DNA from: Macrostomum lignano
Lineage: Eukaryota
Reading direction: 5' to 3'
NCBI GenBank assembly: GCA_002269645.1
Contig: NIVC01000059.1
Coordinates: 1,116,001 to 1,180,000 of the forward strand
Length of the DNA stretch: 64,000 nucleotides
Made by a program: the position numbers and the translations under genes. The notes under the pieces were generated by a model. It saw only the letters and a program-made list of their open reading frames with translations. It did not search any database and had not been told where the DNA came from. Below, one piece after another: positions 62,301 through 64,000 of the stretch; the stretch's first letter is position 1, and each line of letters opens with the position of its first letter.

Positions 62301-63075
62301 GCAAGTCGCGACAAAACGCTATAAGTAAGTTATAATAGGGCACTTAAAATATTTGTTATTACGAGCTATAGGCCCTTGAAATTGTTATAATTAGGCACTT
62401 AAAATACCCGTAGTTTATAATTACGTGCACCTAAGTTACGAATAATTATTTAGTGTTCCAGTTTTCTACTCATTCTAGAAACTGTCCGAAAAGACTAATG
62501 CAGATTATTTTCCAAATGATTGCTTAACGATATTAATTCATTAATTCTCAAACGAAAATGAAGGATTCTGTTGGGGGACTTTAACAAGAGTTTCTCGTCT
62601 AGCTCTTATCTTAACTACTTTCTGAGTAGTTAGGCGCCTTTGAAACGTGCTCAAGCATTCGATTTCGTACTAATCCAAGGAGCCGAGCTTGGAGCAAACT
62701 AACTAACTGACTGACCGACCGCAGGCAGTAATCCCATTATAGCTAGCAGGCAAAATCTAGTCAAGAGTTCAGCTGGTCTACATTATATACTGCAGCTATA
62801 CATTGGCTATTGAAATTGATTTCTGCCGAGGGCCAACCGCGGCCTACTGGATTGCAGAGGAGGTCAATCAAGCTGGACACTCTCAAGCCGGACGAATTCA
62901 AGTGATTTGAGGGCGGCGGCGTGGAAGGCAGAGAGAATGTTTAAGAATTCCTCCGTAAAAGCAACTTGAGAAGCTGAGAGAGGCGCGCGGACATGGCTTT
63001 GAGGACTGATTTGAGAAGAGTTTGATGAAGCATTCGTGGAGCTGCGCAAATTATGCAGGACATCCTATTGCTTCT

Positions 63076-64000
<925 letters not shown>

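Noticed and set aside
62864-63049. Possible upstream SCHIP1 exon (also 57852..58140 and 57291..57480)
   Set aside because: No recognisable SCHIP1 similarity and no unambiguous phase-compatible splice path.

Overview
This is animal nuclear DNA. GC-rich exons, short GT-AG introns and very dense mini/microsatellites suggest a free-living flatworm such as Macrostomum (inference from sequence style only, not verified). I reconstructed about 12 protein-coding genes by hand, checking splice phases: a divergent G-protein beta subunit (+), a minimal TCF23/24-type bHLH (+), a 353-aa unknown protein (+), a SYT14/16-type synaptotagmin (+), a Ser/Arg-rich unknown ORF (-), an HSD11B1-like SDR (+), a prokaryote-like SLC6/NSS transporter with a GC-AG intron (-), a 94-aa three-exon prepropeptide missed by the ORF track (+), a DFR/CCR/GRE2-like reductase (-), a small secreted Cys-rich protein (-), a putative 4-TM protein (+) and a SCHIP1-like gene (-). 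Mobile DNA includes a mariner transposase remnant, a Tc1/mariner-type MITE, two copies of a tRNA-derived CORE-like SINE, a deleted Ty3/gypsy element with its 3' LTR, gag-like remnants, a possible solo LTR carrying a strong promoter, and a minimal hammerhead-like motif. About 20 tandem arrays are present, and two families occur at several loci. I found no CRISPR, rRNA or genuine tRNA. The most interesting observation is the hidden prepropeptide encoding two related (R)PFGxLFRP(R)H peptides, one with an amidation signal. All family assignments come from recalled motifs, not database searches.
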